From a plasmid, in sequence record NZ_LR134467.1: 64,000 nt of DNA; one strand, written 5' to 3'. Shown here in pieces: positions 18,288 to 31,721 of this stretch; the stretch's first letter is position 1; every line of letters begins with the position of its first letter. The position numbers and the translations under genes were made by a program. The notes below the pieces were generated by a model, which was not told the origin of the DNA, ran no database searches, and was given only the letters and a program-made list of their open reading frames with translations.

Positions 18288-19646
18288 ATGGATACGACAA
18301 CCCTCTCCAGCCAGCTCCGGCAGATGTGGGAGACCAGGCCGCTCCGGGCCCGCAACGCGCCGATCGCCGGCGTGTGCACGGGCTTCGCGCGCCGCTACCA
18401 GGTGGACGTCGCGCTGGTCCGCGCGGCGTTCATCGGGGCGACGGTGCTCGGTGGACTCGGTTTCGTCGCCTACATCGTCGGCCTCTTCGTGCTCCCCAAG
18501 GAGTCCGAGTACGCCTACGGCACCCCCGTGCAGCGCTCCGGCCCGCCCACCATCGTCCTCATCATCGCGGCGGTGCTCGCGGTGACCTTCGGCGGCGGCA
18601 TGAGCTCCTCGTGGCCCGGCGCCGGATTCATCAGCCTCGCCCTGCTCCTCGCGGGCTGGTACGCGCTGCACCAGCGCCTGCCCGTGCCCCCGCCCGGCAC
18701 CGCGGTCTCCGCGCGGCTCGCGCCGCCGGCCCCCGTCGGGGCCTGGCAGCCGCCCGCGGCGCAGTTCCCGTGGCAGCCCGTGTGGACGCCGCCCGCCGGC
18801 ACGGACCCGACGACGCCGCAGGCCGCCGCCCCGGAGCAGGCGACCGAAGGGCCCGCGGGCCCGAGCGCGCAGACGCCGCCGGCCGCGGCACCGTCGGAGC
18901 CCCTCAACCTGCAGAAGGCACCGGCGCCCGAACAGGCCCCGCGCGTGCAGACGCAGACCACCGAGGAGATCCACCCGCCCCGCTGGGATCCGTTGGGCGC
19001 CGCGCCCTTCGCGTGGGACCTGCCCGAGCCGGCGGCGTCGAACGCCCCGGTCCCGGTGGAGCCCAAGCGTCGCACCCGGATCACGCCCGTGACGCTCGGC
19101 ATCGCGCTGCTCACGGCCGCGGCGATCGCCACCGTCAACCTCGTTCTCGGCGTGTCGATCTCGCCCGTCGTCGCCGCCGCCATCGTGCTCGGCGTGGTGG
19201 GCACCGGCCTCGTCGCCGGCGCCTTCCGCCGCGGCGGTTACGGCCTGCTCGCCGTCGCGATCCCCCTGGCGGGCTTCGTGATCGTGGGCACCATGGCGCA
19301 GAACGTGATGAGCGGCTTCGCCGATGCTCCGCGCGGCGACCGGAACTTCACCGTCGCCGATCCGAACGCCCTGCAGGAGCAGTACATCCTGCAGGCGGGC
19401 TCGCTGAAGCTCGACCTGCGGCAGCTCACCCTGGACCACGACCGCACCCTGACCACTCGAGTGGGCTTGGGCGAGACCAAGATCCAGGTACCGGAGGGCA
19501 TGAACGTGAAGGTGCGCTGCACCGTCACCGTGGGTGACGCGCAGTGCCCCGACGGCCTGAACGCGACGCCGAAGCCCGGAGCCCCGACCCTGACGATCGA
19601 CGCCCAGAGCAACATGGGCAGTGTGGAGGTGGACCGTGTCCGCTGA
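18288..19646 (+). CDS. PspC-domain membrane protein with LiaF-like C-terminal domain
   Basis: N-terminal PspC motif (IAGVCTGFARRYQVDVALVRAAFIGATVLGG), Pro/Ala-rich linker, TM bundle, C-terminal beta-rich domain. Confidence 0.8.
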   Translation: MDTTTLSSQLRQMWETRPLRARNAPIAGVCTGFARRYQVDVALVRAAFIGATVLGGLGFVAYIVGLFVLPKESEYAYGTPVQRSGPPTIVLIIAAVLAVTFGGGMSSSWPGAGFISLALLLAGWYALHQRLPVPPPGTAVSARLAPPAPVGAWQPPAAQFPWQPVWTPPAGTDPTTPQAAAPEQATEGPAGPSAQTPPAAAPSEPLNLQKAPAPEQAPRVQTQTTEEIHPPRWDPLGAAPFAWDLPEPAASNAPVPVEPKRRTRITPVTLGIALLTAAAIATVNLVLGVSISPVVAAAIVLGVVGTGLVAGAFRRGGYGLLAVAIPLAGFVIVGTMAQNVMSGFADAPRGDRNFTVADPNALQEQYILQAGSLKLDLRQLTLDHDRTLTTRVGLGETKIQVPEGMNVKVRCTVTVGDAQCPDGLNATPKPGAPTLTIDAQSNMGSVEVDRVR

Positions 19647-19884
19647 GAAGACCACGGCCGGTAGGACATCGGCCTCGCCCGCGCTCCTCGTCGCCGGCAT
19701 CGCCGCCCTCGCGATCGCCGCCTGGGGCATCGTCGGAGGCCCCCGCCTCATCGACGCCGGCACCCTGCTCGGGATCCTCGCGATCGGCGCCGTCGTCGTG
19801 GCGGGGGTGACCCTGATCAGGCCGCGAAGAGGCTCCGATTCCGCGCCGCCCACTGCGCCAGGCTCATCGCCGGACGACCACTGA
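19621..19884 (+). CDS. small membrane protein (2 TM) downstream of PspC protein
   Basis: 87 aa ORF overlapping the PspC gene end. Two hydrophobic helices. 3' end overlaps the convergent NmrA gene by 68 bp, so its extent is uncertain. Confidence 0.35.
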   Translation: MWRWTVSAEKTTAGRTSASPALLVAGIAALAIAAWGIVGGPRLIDAGTLLGILAIGAVVVAGVTLIRPRRGSDSAPPTAPGSSPDDH

Positions 19885-20623
19885 GATCCTCCACCAGCGA
19901 GTTCGCCTCCTGCCGATACCGGCGGGAGGCGTCTTGCAGGTCCAGGTACCAGCCGGCCATGTCGCCCATCTCGGGCCGCAGCGCCTCCTCGGCCTCCTCG
20001 CGGCTGATCTGCTCGAAGCCGACCTCGCGGCCGATGCCCTCGCCGATCTGCGCGGCCATCTCGACCCGGGTCAGGAAGCTCGGGCCGGTGAGCTCGTAGA
20101 CCTTCCCGACGTGCGCGGCACGGTCCTCGGCCGTGAGCAGCGCCGCCGCGACCGCGGCGATGTCGTCCATCGAGATCGGCGCGCTGCCCGCGTCCGGATA
20201 GGGCTCCCGGACGACGCCCGTCGCGACCTGCCCCGCCCAGCCCGCGAAATTCTCCATGAACTCGCCCGGGCCCAGCACGGTGACGTCGAGGCCGCTCGCG
20301 AGGATGACGTCGGTCAACGCCTGCCAGTGCGCGCTGCCCGAGGTGGCGACCACGTACTCGACGCCCGCGTCCTCGGCCCGGCGCAGCACCTCGGCCGCCG
20401 TGGGCTCGTACGGCGCGAGGTACATCCCCGTCACGCCCTCGAAGGCGCCGTCGAGCGTCTCCGGCTTGCCGATGAAGCCTCTGAAGGCCTCCACCCCGCT
20501 CGGCAGCGCCGCCTTCGCGGGGTTGGTGGTGAGCGCCCGGATGTCCGCGACACCCCTCGCCACCAGCTCGTCGACCACTTTCCGCCCGATGTTGCCCGTT
20601 GCACCCGTCACCAGAATCGTCAT
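19817..20623 (-). CDS. NmrA-family NAD(P)-binding protein
   Basis: Rossmann motif MTILVTGATGNIGRKV at the N-terminus. Confidence 0.8.
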   Translation of the reverse strand: MTILVTGATGNIGRKVVDELVARGVADIRALTTNPAKAALPSGVEAFRGFIGKPETLDGAFEGVTGMYLAPYEPTAAEVLRRAEDAGVEYVVATSGSAHWQALTDVILASGLDVTVLGPGEFMENFAGWAGQVATGVVREPYPDAGSAPISMDDIAAVAAALLTAEDRAAHVGKVYELTGPSFLTRVEMAAQIGEGIGREVGFEQISREEAEEALRPEMGDMAGWYLDLQDASRRYRQEANSLVEDLSGRPAMSLAQWAARNRSLFAA

Positions 20624-20663
20624 GGCGTCGACGGTACCGGCGGCACCGGTCAGATCGTGACCG

Positions 20664-22235
20664 CTATTCCCACTCGATGGTCCCCGGCGGCTTGCTCGTC
20701 ACGTCGAGCACCACGCGGTTGACCTCTTCGACCTCGTTGGTGATGCGGGTCGAGATGATCTCGAGGGTCTCGTACGGCACGCGCGTCCAGTCCGCGGTCA
20801 TCGCGTCCTCGGAGCTGACGGGGCGCAGCACGATCGGGTGGCCGTAGGTGCGGCCGTCGCCCTGCACGCCCACGCTGCGGACGTCGGCGAGCAGCACGAC
20901 CGGGCACTGCCAGATGGTGCCGTCGAGGCCCGCGGCGGTGAGCTCCTCGCGGGCGATCGCATCGGCCTTGCGCAGCAGGTCGAGGCGGTCCTTGGTGACC
21001 TCGCCGACGATGCGGATCGCCAGGCCGGGCCCGGGGAAGGGCTGGCGGCCGACGATCTCCTCCGGCAGGCCCAGCTCGCGGCCGACCGCGCGGACCTCGT
21101 CCTTGAACAGCAGGCGCAGGGGCTCGACGAGGGTGAACTCGAGGTCCTCCGGCAGGCCGCCCACGTTGTGATGGCTCTTGATGTTCGCCGTGCCGGCGCC
21201 GCCGCCCGACTCCACCACGTCGGGGTAGAGCGTGCCCTGGACGAGGAAGTCGATGGTGTGGCCCTCGGCCGCCCGCGCGCCCAGCGCTTCGGAGACGACG
21301 TCCTCGAACGAGCGGATGAACTCGCGCCCGATGATCTTGCGCTTCTCCTCGGGGTCAGAGACGCCCTTGAGGTGCCCGAGGAAGGTGTCCTCCGCGTCGA
21401 CGGTGATCAGGCGCGCGCCCGTCGCCTCGACGAAGTCCTGCTGCACCTGCTCGCGCTCGCCCTGCCGCAGCAGGCCGTGATCGACGAAGACGCAGGTGAG
21501 GCGGTCGCCGATGGCCTTCTGCACCAGCGCCGCCGCGACGGCCGAGTCGACGCCGCCGGACAGCGCGCACAGCGCGAGGCCGTCACCGACCTGGGCGCGG
21601 ACGTCCTCGATGAGCTGCTCGGCGATGTTCGCCGCGGTCCAGGTGGGCTTCAGCCCCGCGATCTCGTAGAGGAAGCGCGTGAGCACCTCCTGGCCGTGCG
21701 GGCTGTGCAGCACCTCGGGGTGGTACTGGACACCCGCCATCCGCTTACCGACGTTCTCGAACGCGGCGACCGGGGCGCCGGGCGTCGACGCCACCGTCGA
21801 GAAGCCCTCGGGCGCGACCTGCACGGCGTCGTTGTGGCTCATCCACACCGGCTGTTCGGCCGGAAGCCCCACGTGCAGGACACCGTCGCCCTGGGGAGTG
21901 AGGGTGGTGCGCCCGAACTCGCGCCCGCCCGTGTTGGCGACGGTGCCGCCGAGTGCCCGGGCCATCATCTGGAAGCCGTAGCAGATGCCGAACACCGGGA
22001 CGCCGAGGTCGAAGACCGCGGGATCGAGGCTCGGGGCGTCCTCCGCGTACACCGACGCGGGGCCGCCCGACAGCACGATGGCGGCGGGGCTCTTGGCGCG
22101 CACCTCCTCGGCGGTGATGGTGTGCGGCACCACCTCCGAGTAGATCCGCGCCTCGCGGACGCGGCGCGCGATCAGCTGCGCGTACTGCGCGCCGAAGTCG
22201 ACGACCAGAACGGGGTTGGGTGAGGAGTCCGTCAC
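20664..22235 (-). CDS. guaA: GMP synthase (glutamine-hydrolysing)
   Basis: GATase1 ([16 protein letters not shown], catalytic Cys in GICYGFQ), ATP-PPase SGGVDS motif, C-terminal KPPGTIEWE. Confidence 0.95.
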   Translation of the reverse strand: MTDSSPNPVLVVDFGAQYAQLIARRVREARIYSEVVPHTITAEEVRAKSPAAIVLSGGPASVYAEDAPSLDPAVFDLGVPVFGICYGFQMMARALGGTVANTGGREFGRTTLTPQGDGVLHVGLPAEQPVWMSHNDAVQVAPEGFSTVASTPGAPVAAFENVGKRMAGVQYHPEVLHSPHGQEVLTRFLYEIAGLKPTWTAANIAEQLIEDVRAQVGDGLALCALSGGVDSAVAAALVQKAIGDRLTCVFVDHGLLRQGEREQVQQDFVEATGARLITVDAEDTFLGHLKGVSDPEEKRKIIGREFIRSFEDVVSEALGARAAEGHTIDFLVQGTLYPDVVESGGGAGTANIKSHHNVGGLPEDLEFTLVEPLRLLFKDEVRAVGRELGLPEEIVGRQPFPGPGLAIRIVGEVTKDRLDLLRKADAIAREELTAAGLDGTIWQCPVVLLADVRSVGVQGDGRTYGHPIVLRPVSSEDAMTADWTRVPYETLEIISTRITNEVEEVNRVVLDVTSKPPGTIEWE

Positions 22236-22287
22236 CCGGCTCAGTCTAGTCGCGGTCGGCGCCGCGCTCCGACATCAGGGCCGGTCA

Positions 22288-22668
22288 TCAGGGCACGTCC
22301 ACCAGCTCCCACAGCGGGACGTGGGCGTACCAGGGGAACTCGTCGGGCGTCACACGGACCTCGCGGCCGGCGAGGATCGCCTCGTTCTCGCCCCGCGCGT
22401 GCGGGGACAGGACGTCGATCGCCGCCTCCGCGACGCGCTGCAGGTCCGCCTCGTCGAACCGCGCCCACAGCACGCGGCACCGTCGGTCGGCGGGCGGGGT
22501 GCCCGGGTGCTCGATCGCCCACTGCCGCAGCAGCGACGGGTCCTCCGGGGAGCTCGCGAACTCGAACAGCGCCGCGCTCGCGTCGAGGCGGTCACCGATG
22601 GACGCGGTGACGCGCGGCTCGTCGTCGGGCCGGATGAGGACGGTGACGAGGGGGAATCCTGCGGACAT
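22288..22668 (-). CDS. hypothetical protein (126 aa), no recognisable domain
   Basis: Clean ORF with typical codon bias between guaA and the alkylation-repair gene. Confidence 0.45.
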   Translation of the reverse strand: MSAGFPLVTVLIRPDDEPRVTASIGDRLDASAALFEFASSPEDPSLLRQWAIEHPGTPPADRRCRVLWARFDEADLQRVAEAAIDVLSPHARGENEAILAGREVRVTPDEFPWYAHVPLWELVDVP

Positions 22669-22741
22669 GCGGTCACGCTACGACGCGGGGACGGCCGCCG
22701 TCATCAGGGTTTCTCCGGGTTCCGCCCCTGATCGCGCCGGC

Positions 22742-23398
22742 CTAGTCCTCGCGGCGGCGGACGATCTCGGCGATCCAGACCGGCGCGAACGGCGACGTGC
22801 AGCCCTTCGACACCGGGTAGTCCGCCAGCACCTGCAGGTCCTCACCGATCGCGATCGCGCGGGCACGGCGGGCCCGGTCCTCGATGCCGATGGTCGCGAG
22901 GGTCTCGTTCATGGCCCACTGCAGCTTCGGCTCGGCGTCGCGCATCTCGCGTTCGATCTCGTCCAGGAGCGCGTCCCGGTCCAGGTCGGCCGTCGCGACC
23001 GCGTGCGTCGTGAGCGCCCAGCCCGCCGCCCGGACCCGCGGGTCGGCGTCCTCGAACCACCGCTCCCGCAGCGCCGCCGCGTGCGGCGACTTCGTGACCA
23101 GGTAATTCAGCAACCAGTCGTGGGCCTTGTCGCTGCGAGTGGAGCGCACCATCGCGTCCAGCTCGTCCTCGGTGAAGGCCTTCGGCTTCGCGATGAGCAG
23201 GGCCACCAGCTGGGCCGCCACGTCGCCCGAGTCCCACAGCTCGCCGGCCAGCTCGCGGTCGGTGCCGAGCGACTTCGCCACCGCCCGCAGCTTCGTCAGG
23301 TTCACGCCGTGCGGGTCGCCGTGCCGCTCGTTGACGGCCCGCGCCTTCGGATCCTCCAGCGCCGCCAGCTCGGCCACGACCTCATCGACTCGCGTCAT
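22742..23398 (-). CDS. DNA alkylation repair protein (AlkD/HEAT-repeat family)
   Basis: 218 aa. Pattern of PF08713 proteins (KARAVNERHGDPHGVNLTKLRAVAKSLG, WLLNYLVT). Confidence 0.75.
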   Translation of the reverse strand: MTRVDEVVAELAALEDPKARAVNERHGDPHGVNLTKLRAVAKSLGTDRELAGELWDSGDVAAQLVALLIAKPKAFTEDELDAMVRSTRSDKAHDWLLNYLVTKSPHAAALRERWFEDADPRVRAAGWALTTHAVATADLDRDALLDEIEREMRDAEPKLQWAMNETLATIGIEDRARRARAIAIGEDLQVLADYPVSKGCTSPFAPVWIAEIVRRRED

Positions 23399-23500
23399 GT
23401 CCCGAGGTTAGCGCTGACGAAAGTCGAGTCCTGCGGGCAGGCGAGGCGAATCGCTGCCTCGGTGCGCCGTAGAACTCGACTTTCGGAAACCGTGACCGGC

Positions 23501-25246
23501 TCAGGCCTGCGACTCCTGCGCCGGCCGCACCTTCGGCATGGGCAACAGCAGCTGGCCGGGCGCGCCCGCGGGCACGGCGGGCGACTTCGGCGCGGTCGGG
23601 GCGATGCGCCGGTAGCCGGTGCCCTGCGCGGGGCGCGGATCCTGCTCGCCCTTGTTCGGCCACAGCGACGCGGCGCGCTCGGCCTGCGCCGCGATCGACA
23701 GCGACGGGTTGACGCCGAGGTTCGCGGAGATGGCGGCACCGTCGACGACGAACAGCGACGGGTAGTTGTGGATGCGGTGGTACGGGTCGATGACGCCGGT
23801 CTCGGGGCCGTCGGAGATGGCGGCGCCGCCGAGGAAGTGGGCGGTCATCGGGACGTTGAAGATGTCGCCCCAGGTGCCGCCGGCCACGCCGTTCAGCTTC
23901 TCCGCACCGATCCGCGCGGCCTCGTTGCCCGCGGGGATCCAGGTGGGGTTCGGCGCGCCGTGGCCCTGCTTGGAGACCATGCGCCGCTTCTTCGAGCCCG
24001 GGATCTTCTTGGTGTACGTGGTGATCGAGTTGTCGAGGCTCTGCATCACCAGCAGGATCAGCACGCGCTGGCCCCAGTCCTTCTGCGTGAGCAGCAGTTT
24101 GAGGTCGGTGGGCTTCTTCGCCAGGCCCTTGAGGAAGCCGCCCAGGCGGGTGCGCTTCTCGCCGCCGTCGACGAGCAGCGTCTGCAGCAGGCCCATGGCG
24201 TTGCGGCCCGGGCCGTAACGGACGGGCTCGATGTGGGTGTCGGGCGTCGGGTAGAAGGAGCTGGTGATCGCGACACCGTGCGAGAGGTCCTGCGACGGAT
24301 CGGCGACGGTGCGCGCGGAGCCCAGGATCGACTCGGAGTTGGTGCGGGTGAGCACGCCGAGGCGGTCCGAGAGCTTCGGCAACGCGCCGGTGTCCTTGAG
24401 CGAGTGCAGCAGCGTCTGCGTGCCCCAGGTGCCCGCGGCGAAGACCACGTTGTCGGCGGTGTAGACGGTCCGGTTCTTGCGCGCGACGGCACCGGTGCGC
24501 ACCGTCGACACCTCCCAGACGCCCTTGCGGCCCTCGCGGAGCCCCGTCACCGTGGTCATCGGGATGAACCGCGCGCCGCCCGCCTCCGCGAGGTGGATGT
24601 AGTTCTTCATCAGCGTGTTCTTCGCGCCCACGCGGCAGCCCGACATGCACTGGCCGCACTCGGTGCAGCCGGTGCGGGCGGGGCCGGCGCCGCCGAAGAA
24701 CGGGTCGGCGTCGGTGCGGCCCGGCTGGTTGAAGTACACGCCCACGGGTGTCTCGGTGAACGTGTCCGCGACGCCCATCTCCTCCGCGATCTGCTTGATC
24801 ACGCGGTCCGAGGGGGTCTCGTGCGGGTTCTTCACCACGCCCAGCATGCGGCGGGCCTGGTCGTAGTACGGCGTGAGCTCGTCGTCCCAGTCGGTGATGT
24901 GCTTCCACTGCGGGTCGTTGAAGAACGGCGCGGGCGGCTTGTAGAGGGTGTTCGCGTAGTTCAGCGAGCCGCCGCCGACGCCGGCGCCGGCGAGCACGAC
25001 GGCGTCGTTGAGCAGGTGGATCCGCTGGATGCCGTACAGGCCCATCTTCGGCGCCCACACGAACTTCTTCAGGTTCCAGGTGCTCTCGGCGAAGTCCTCG
25101 TCCTCGAACCGCTGCCCGGCCTCGAGCACGCCGACGCGGTAGCCCTTCTCGGTGAGGCGCAGCGCCGTGACGCTACCGCCGAATCCCGACCCGATCACGA
25201 GCACGTCGAAGTGATCGCCCGACTTCTGCTCGACTGCCTTGGCCAT
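23501..25246 (-). CDS. choD: GMC-family oxidoreductase / cholesterol oxidase
   Basis: FAD motif DVLVIGSGFGGS. 581 aa. Position next to guaB3 as in mycobacteria. Confidence 0.8.
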   Translation of the reverse strand: MAKAVEQKSGDHFDVLVIGSGFGGSVTALRLTEKGYRVGVLEAGQRFEDEDFAESTWNLKKFVWAPKMGLYGIQRIHLLNDAVVLAGAGVGGGSLNYANTLYKPPAPFFNDPQWKHITDWDDELTPYYDQARRMLGVVKNPHETPSDRVIKQIAEEMGVADTFTETPVGVYFNQPGRTDADPFFGGAGPARTGCTECGQCMSGCRVGAKNTLMKNYIHLAEAGGARFIPMTTVTGLREGRKGVWEVSTVRTGAVARKNRTVYTADNVVFAAGTWGTQTLLHSLKDTGALPKLSDRLGVLTRTNSESILGSARTVADPSQDLSHGVAITSSFYPTPDTHIEPVRYGPGRNAMGLLQTLLVDGGEKRTRLGGFLKGLAKKPTDLKLLLTQKDWGQRVLILLVMQSLDNSITTYTKKIPGSKKRRMVSKQGHGAPNPTWIPAGNEAARIGAEKLNGVAGGTWGDIFNVPMTAHFLGGAAISDGPETGVIDPYHRIHNYPSLFVVDGAAISANLGVNPSLSIAAQAERAASLWPNKGEQDPRPAQGTGYRRIAPTAPKSPAVPAGAPGQLLLPMPKVRPAQESQA

Positions 25247-25358
25247 CTGGCACCCCTCACCCGTCCGTGGCGGACATGTGTCACCGGGCCGCTGCTGACA
25301 CGGCCCTACTGACGGGTAACGGTACTACTAAACACCACTCAATAACAGTGGTTCGCGC

Positions 25359-26528
25359 TCAGTACGCGACGTTGAGGCCCACCTTCTGGAACTCCTTGAG
25401 CTCGCTGTAGCCGGCCTTCGCCATCGACCGGCGCAGGCCTCCGACCAGGTTCATCTGGCCGTTCGGCTCCGTCGACGGGCCGGTGAGGATGGTGGCGAGC
25501 GACGGCGCGGTGCCCGCGGCGGCGCCCTCCCCCGCATCCAGCCCACCGAGCTGCGCGGGCGCGACCGCACCGCGCGGCATCGACGGGTGCGCCGCCACCG
25601 ACGGCCAGTACCAGCCCTTGCCCGGCGCCTCGGCGGCGATCGCCAGCGGCGCGCCCAGCATGGTGGCGTCGGCGCCGCACGCGATGGCGCGGGCCACGTC
25701 GCCGGAGCTGTAGATGTCGCCGTCCGCGATGACGTGGACGTACCGGCCGCCGGTCTCATCGAGGTAGTCCCGGCGGGCCGCCGCCGCGTCCGCGATGGCG
25801 GTCGCCATCGGCACGCCGATGCCGAGCACCTCGCGGGTGGTGGTGGCGCCCTCGGCCGAGCCGTAGCCCACGATGACGCCTGCGGCGCCCGTGCGCATGA
25901 GGTGCAGCGCGGTGCGGTGATCGCTCACGCCGCCGGCCACGACCGGCACGTCGAGGTCGCCGATGAAGGTCTTGAGGTTGAGCGGCTCCCCCGCCGAGTC
26001 CTCGTTCGAGACGTGCTCGGCCGAGATGATGGTGCCGTGGATGACCAGCAGGTCGATGCCCGCCTTCACCAGCACCGGGGTCAGCTCGCGGGCGCGCTGC
26101 GGGGACACGCGGACGGCGACCGTCACCCCTGCGTCGCGGACCCGGCCGACGGCCGCGGCCAGCAGCTCGGGATCGAGCGGCGCGGCGTGCAGCTCCTGCA
26201 GGCGGCGGATCGCCGCGATGCCCGTGATGTCGGACGCGGCCAGGTCGACGACCTGCTCCAGCTGTGCCTCCGCGTCGCGGTGCCGGGAGAACAGGCCCTC
26301 CGCGTTGAGCACGCCCAGGCCGCCCAGCTTGCCGAGCTCGATCGCGAAGTCCGGCGAACCGATCGCGTCCGTCGGGTGCGAGAGGATCGGGGTGTCGAAG
26401 CGGTACGCGTCGAGCTGCCAGGCGGTGGACACCTCCTTCGAGGAGCGGGTGCGCCGCGAGGGGACGATGTTCACGTCCTGCAGCTCGTAGGTGCGCCGGG
26501 CCGTACGACCCATGCCGATCTCAACCAT
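25359..26528 (-). CDS. guaB3: IMP dehydrogenase family protein GuaB3
   Basis: Starts MVEIGMGRTARRTYEL. TIM-barrel IMPDH-like without CBS pair. Confidence 0.85.
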   Translation of the reverse strand: MVEIGMGRTARRTYELQDVNIVPSRRTRSSKEVSTAWQLDAYRFDTPILSHPTDAIGSPDFAIELGKLGGLGVLNAEGLFSRHRDAEAQLEQVVDLAASDITGIAAIRRLQELHAAPLDPELLAAAVGRVRDAGVTVAVRVSPQRARELTPVLVKAGIDLLVIHGTIISAEHVSNEDSAGEPLNLKTFIGDLDVPVVAGGVSDHRTALHLMRTGAAGVIVGYGSAEGATTTREVLGIGVPMATAIADAAAARRDYLDETGGRYVHVIADGDIYSSGDVARAIACGADATMLGAPLAIAAEAPGKGWYWPSVAAHPSMPRGAVAPAQLGGLDAGEGAAAGTAPSLATILTGPSTEPNGQMNLVGGLRRSMAKAGYSELKEFQKVGLNVAY

Positions 26529-26595
26529 GTCGCGCAACGCGCTCAGTCCTTCCGATTCCGGAGCGGCCGCTCCGAATGTGCCAGTTCAGCAGGGT

Positions 26596-29869
<3,274 letters not shown>

Positions 29870-29870
29870 G

Positions 29871-30443
29871 TCAGTTCTCACCTTCTTTCGCGATCTGGTT
29901 CTTCAGCTTCGTCAGCGCGCGGTGCTGAGCCACGCGGACGGCACCGGCGGTACCGCCCACGGCCTCCGCGGTCTCCTCGGCCGACAGGCCGACGACCACG
30001 CGGAGGATCAGGATCTCGCGCTGTTTCTCGGGGAGCGTGCTCAGGAGCCGGGCCATGTCACGGCTCGCCTCGGTGGCGAGCGCGTGGCTCTCGGGCCCGC
30101 CTTCCAGCGACGCTCTCTCTGGGATCTCGCCGACGGGGTCGGATTTGTTACGCGAGGCGTTCCGGAAGCCGTCCGCGACCTTGTGCGCGGCGATGCCGTA
30201 CACGAACGCCATGAACGGGCGCCCCTGGTCCTCGTAACGGGGCAGGGCCGTCATCACAGCCATGCACACCTCCTGCGTGAGATCCTCAGCCGACAGCGAG
30301 TGACGCTCGCCGCCACCGACCCGCGCGCGGCAGTACCGCACGACGAGGGGTCGGATGGTGTCGAGGACATCTGCGAGCGCCGACCTGTCACCGCGCGCTG
30401 CCTCGCGCACGGCCCGGTCGAGCTCCTCACCTGTCAGATTCAT
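29871..30443 (-). CDS. sigD: ECF RNA polymerase sigma factor SigD
   Basis: Sigma-70 region 2 (DLTQEVCMAV) and region 4 (REILILRVVVGLSAEETAEAVG). Synteny with rsdA. Confidence 0.8.
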   Translation of the reverse strand: MNLTGEELDRAVREAARGDRSALADVLDTIRPLVVRYCRARVGGGERHSLSAEDLTQEVCMAVMTALPRYEDQGRPFMAFVYGIAAHKVADGFRNASRNKSDPVGEIPERASLEGGPESHALATEASRDMARLLSTLPEKQREILILRVVVGLSAEETAEAVGGTAGAVRVAQHRALTKLKNQIAKEGEN

Positions 30444-30463
30444 CGCCAGCCTGCATTCCGCCG

Positions 30464-31312
30464 TTACACCCCTGCCAGATCCGCGCCATCACGAATCCAT
30501 TCCTCCTCCAGAACGGCGACGATCCGCGCCGCAGCCGCCCCCCGACCCTCTCCTCCTGACGTGCCGCTCATCATTTTGGCTCCGGCCCACCTTAGAGGAT
30601 TCAACACCGCCTCGGTGGCGACCCGGTAGGCCTGCTCGACCAGTTCCACCGCCCGGTCGGCCTGCCCCGAGGCCATCGCCGCGGCGCCCGCGATGAGGAG
30701 CGTCTTCGCGTGATGACGAGGCCGGCCCGGCCCCGGATCGGCCGTGAGCAGGGCGCCGACCGCGTCCGCCGCGCCCGCGGCGTCCCCGGAGTACACGGCC
30801 AGCTCGGCCGCGACCCAGTCCCGGCGCAGGCGCGCGCGGGGCACCGTCCACCACGGCCCCGGCGACGGCTGCGCAGCGCCTCCCCCGGCACTCCCCGCCG
30901 CACCGGCGTCGTGCGCGGCGAGATGCTCATCGGCCCGCGCGAGGAGGCGCGCGCTCAGCGCGTAGCGGCCGGTACCGAGGGCGTCCGCTGCGAGCCCGAC
31001 GGTCGCGTCGGCCGCCCATGCCACACTCATGTCGTACACAGGTTGTTCACACCCTGTGTATGCAAGAGCAAGCGCGGTGCCGTCGGGGACCGCGGCGGCG
31101 CGGTGCCGGCCGGACTGCCGCAGCATCGACGCCTCGAGGCACCGTGCGGCGGAGGCGAAGGGACCGTCGACCACGGGGGCCGTGAGGGTGCGCGCGGCGG
31201 CGAACCGTCCGGCACCCGCGAGCGCGACCGCCCGGAGCCACGCTCGCCCCTGCGGACCGTCGAGCGGCCCGGCGGGACCGCAGTCCGCACCGAACGCCGC
31301 GGCGAGGAGCAC
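30464..31312 (-). CDS. conserved hypothetical protein (Rv3415c-like)
   Basis: Ala-rich ORF. GTG start chosen to avoid the AT-rich whiB3 promoter region; the longer ORF to 31387 is possible. Confidence 0.5.
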   Translation of the reverse strand: MLLAAAFGADCGPAGPLDGPQGRAWLRAVALAGAGRFAAARTLTAPVVDGPFASAARCLEASMLRQSGRHRAAAVPDGTALALAYTGCEQPVYDMSVAWAADATVGLAADALGTGRYALSARLLARADEHLAAHDAGAAGSAGGGAAQPSPGPWWTVPRARLRRDWVAAELAVYSGDAAGAADAVGALLTADPGPGRPRHHAKTLLIAGAAAMASGQADRAVELVEQAYRVATEAVLNPLRWAGAKMMSGTSGGEGRGAAAARIVAVLEEEWIRDGADLAGV

Positions 31313-31387
31313 CTCCGCGGAGGGCCCCGAGTGTCCAGTTTCCAAAGATTTAACCTTCCGGAATTTGCAGCCGTGACAATGGATCAC

Positions 31388-31721
31388 CGAGGCCGTTCAC
31401 GGGCGTTGAGGTTACCGTCATGTAAGACGTTTCCCGTCCGTCCGCAGCCTGTGAACGCCCCATTGGTACGGCGTACGACAATTCAAAACTTACCACTACC
31501 TGGGCGAACACTTCCCGAGACACTCACTTCACAGTCGCAATTCCTCAGGTGCACACCGGCGTAATGAATGAACACGACGTTAATTCTCACGCTGATCGAA
31601 TCACCCCCCGGATACCCCGGAACGGGTTGACCTTCGTCTGGCGAACTGCCTACGGTGAGTGCGCGAGAGGAACAACGACGTTTCCACGCCCGCGAGAACG
31701 CCGAGTGTCTGGAGAATGCGC
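31388..31721 (+). promoter_or_regulatory. long, relatively AT-rich whiB3 upstream/leader region
   Basis: 334 bp non-coding, with repeated GTTCACGGGCG / GTGAACGCCCC elements. Confidence 0.5.

Noticed and set aside
22499-25312. 937-aa plus-strand ORF
   Set aside because: Antisense to alkylation-repair and choD genes. It spans two real genes on the other strand.
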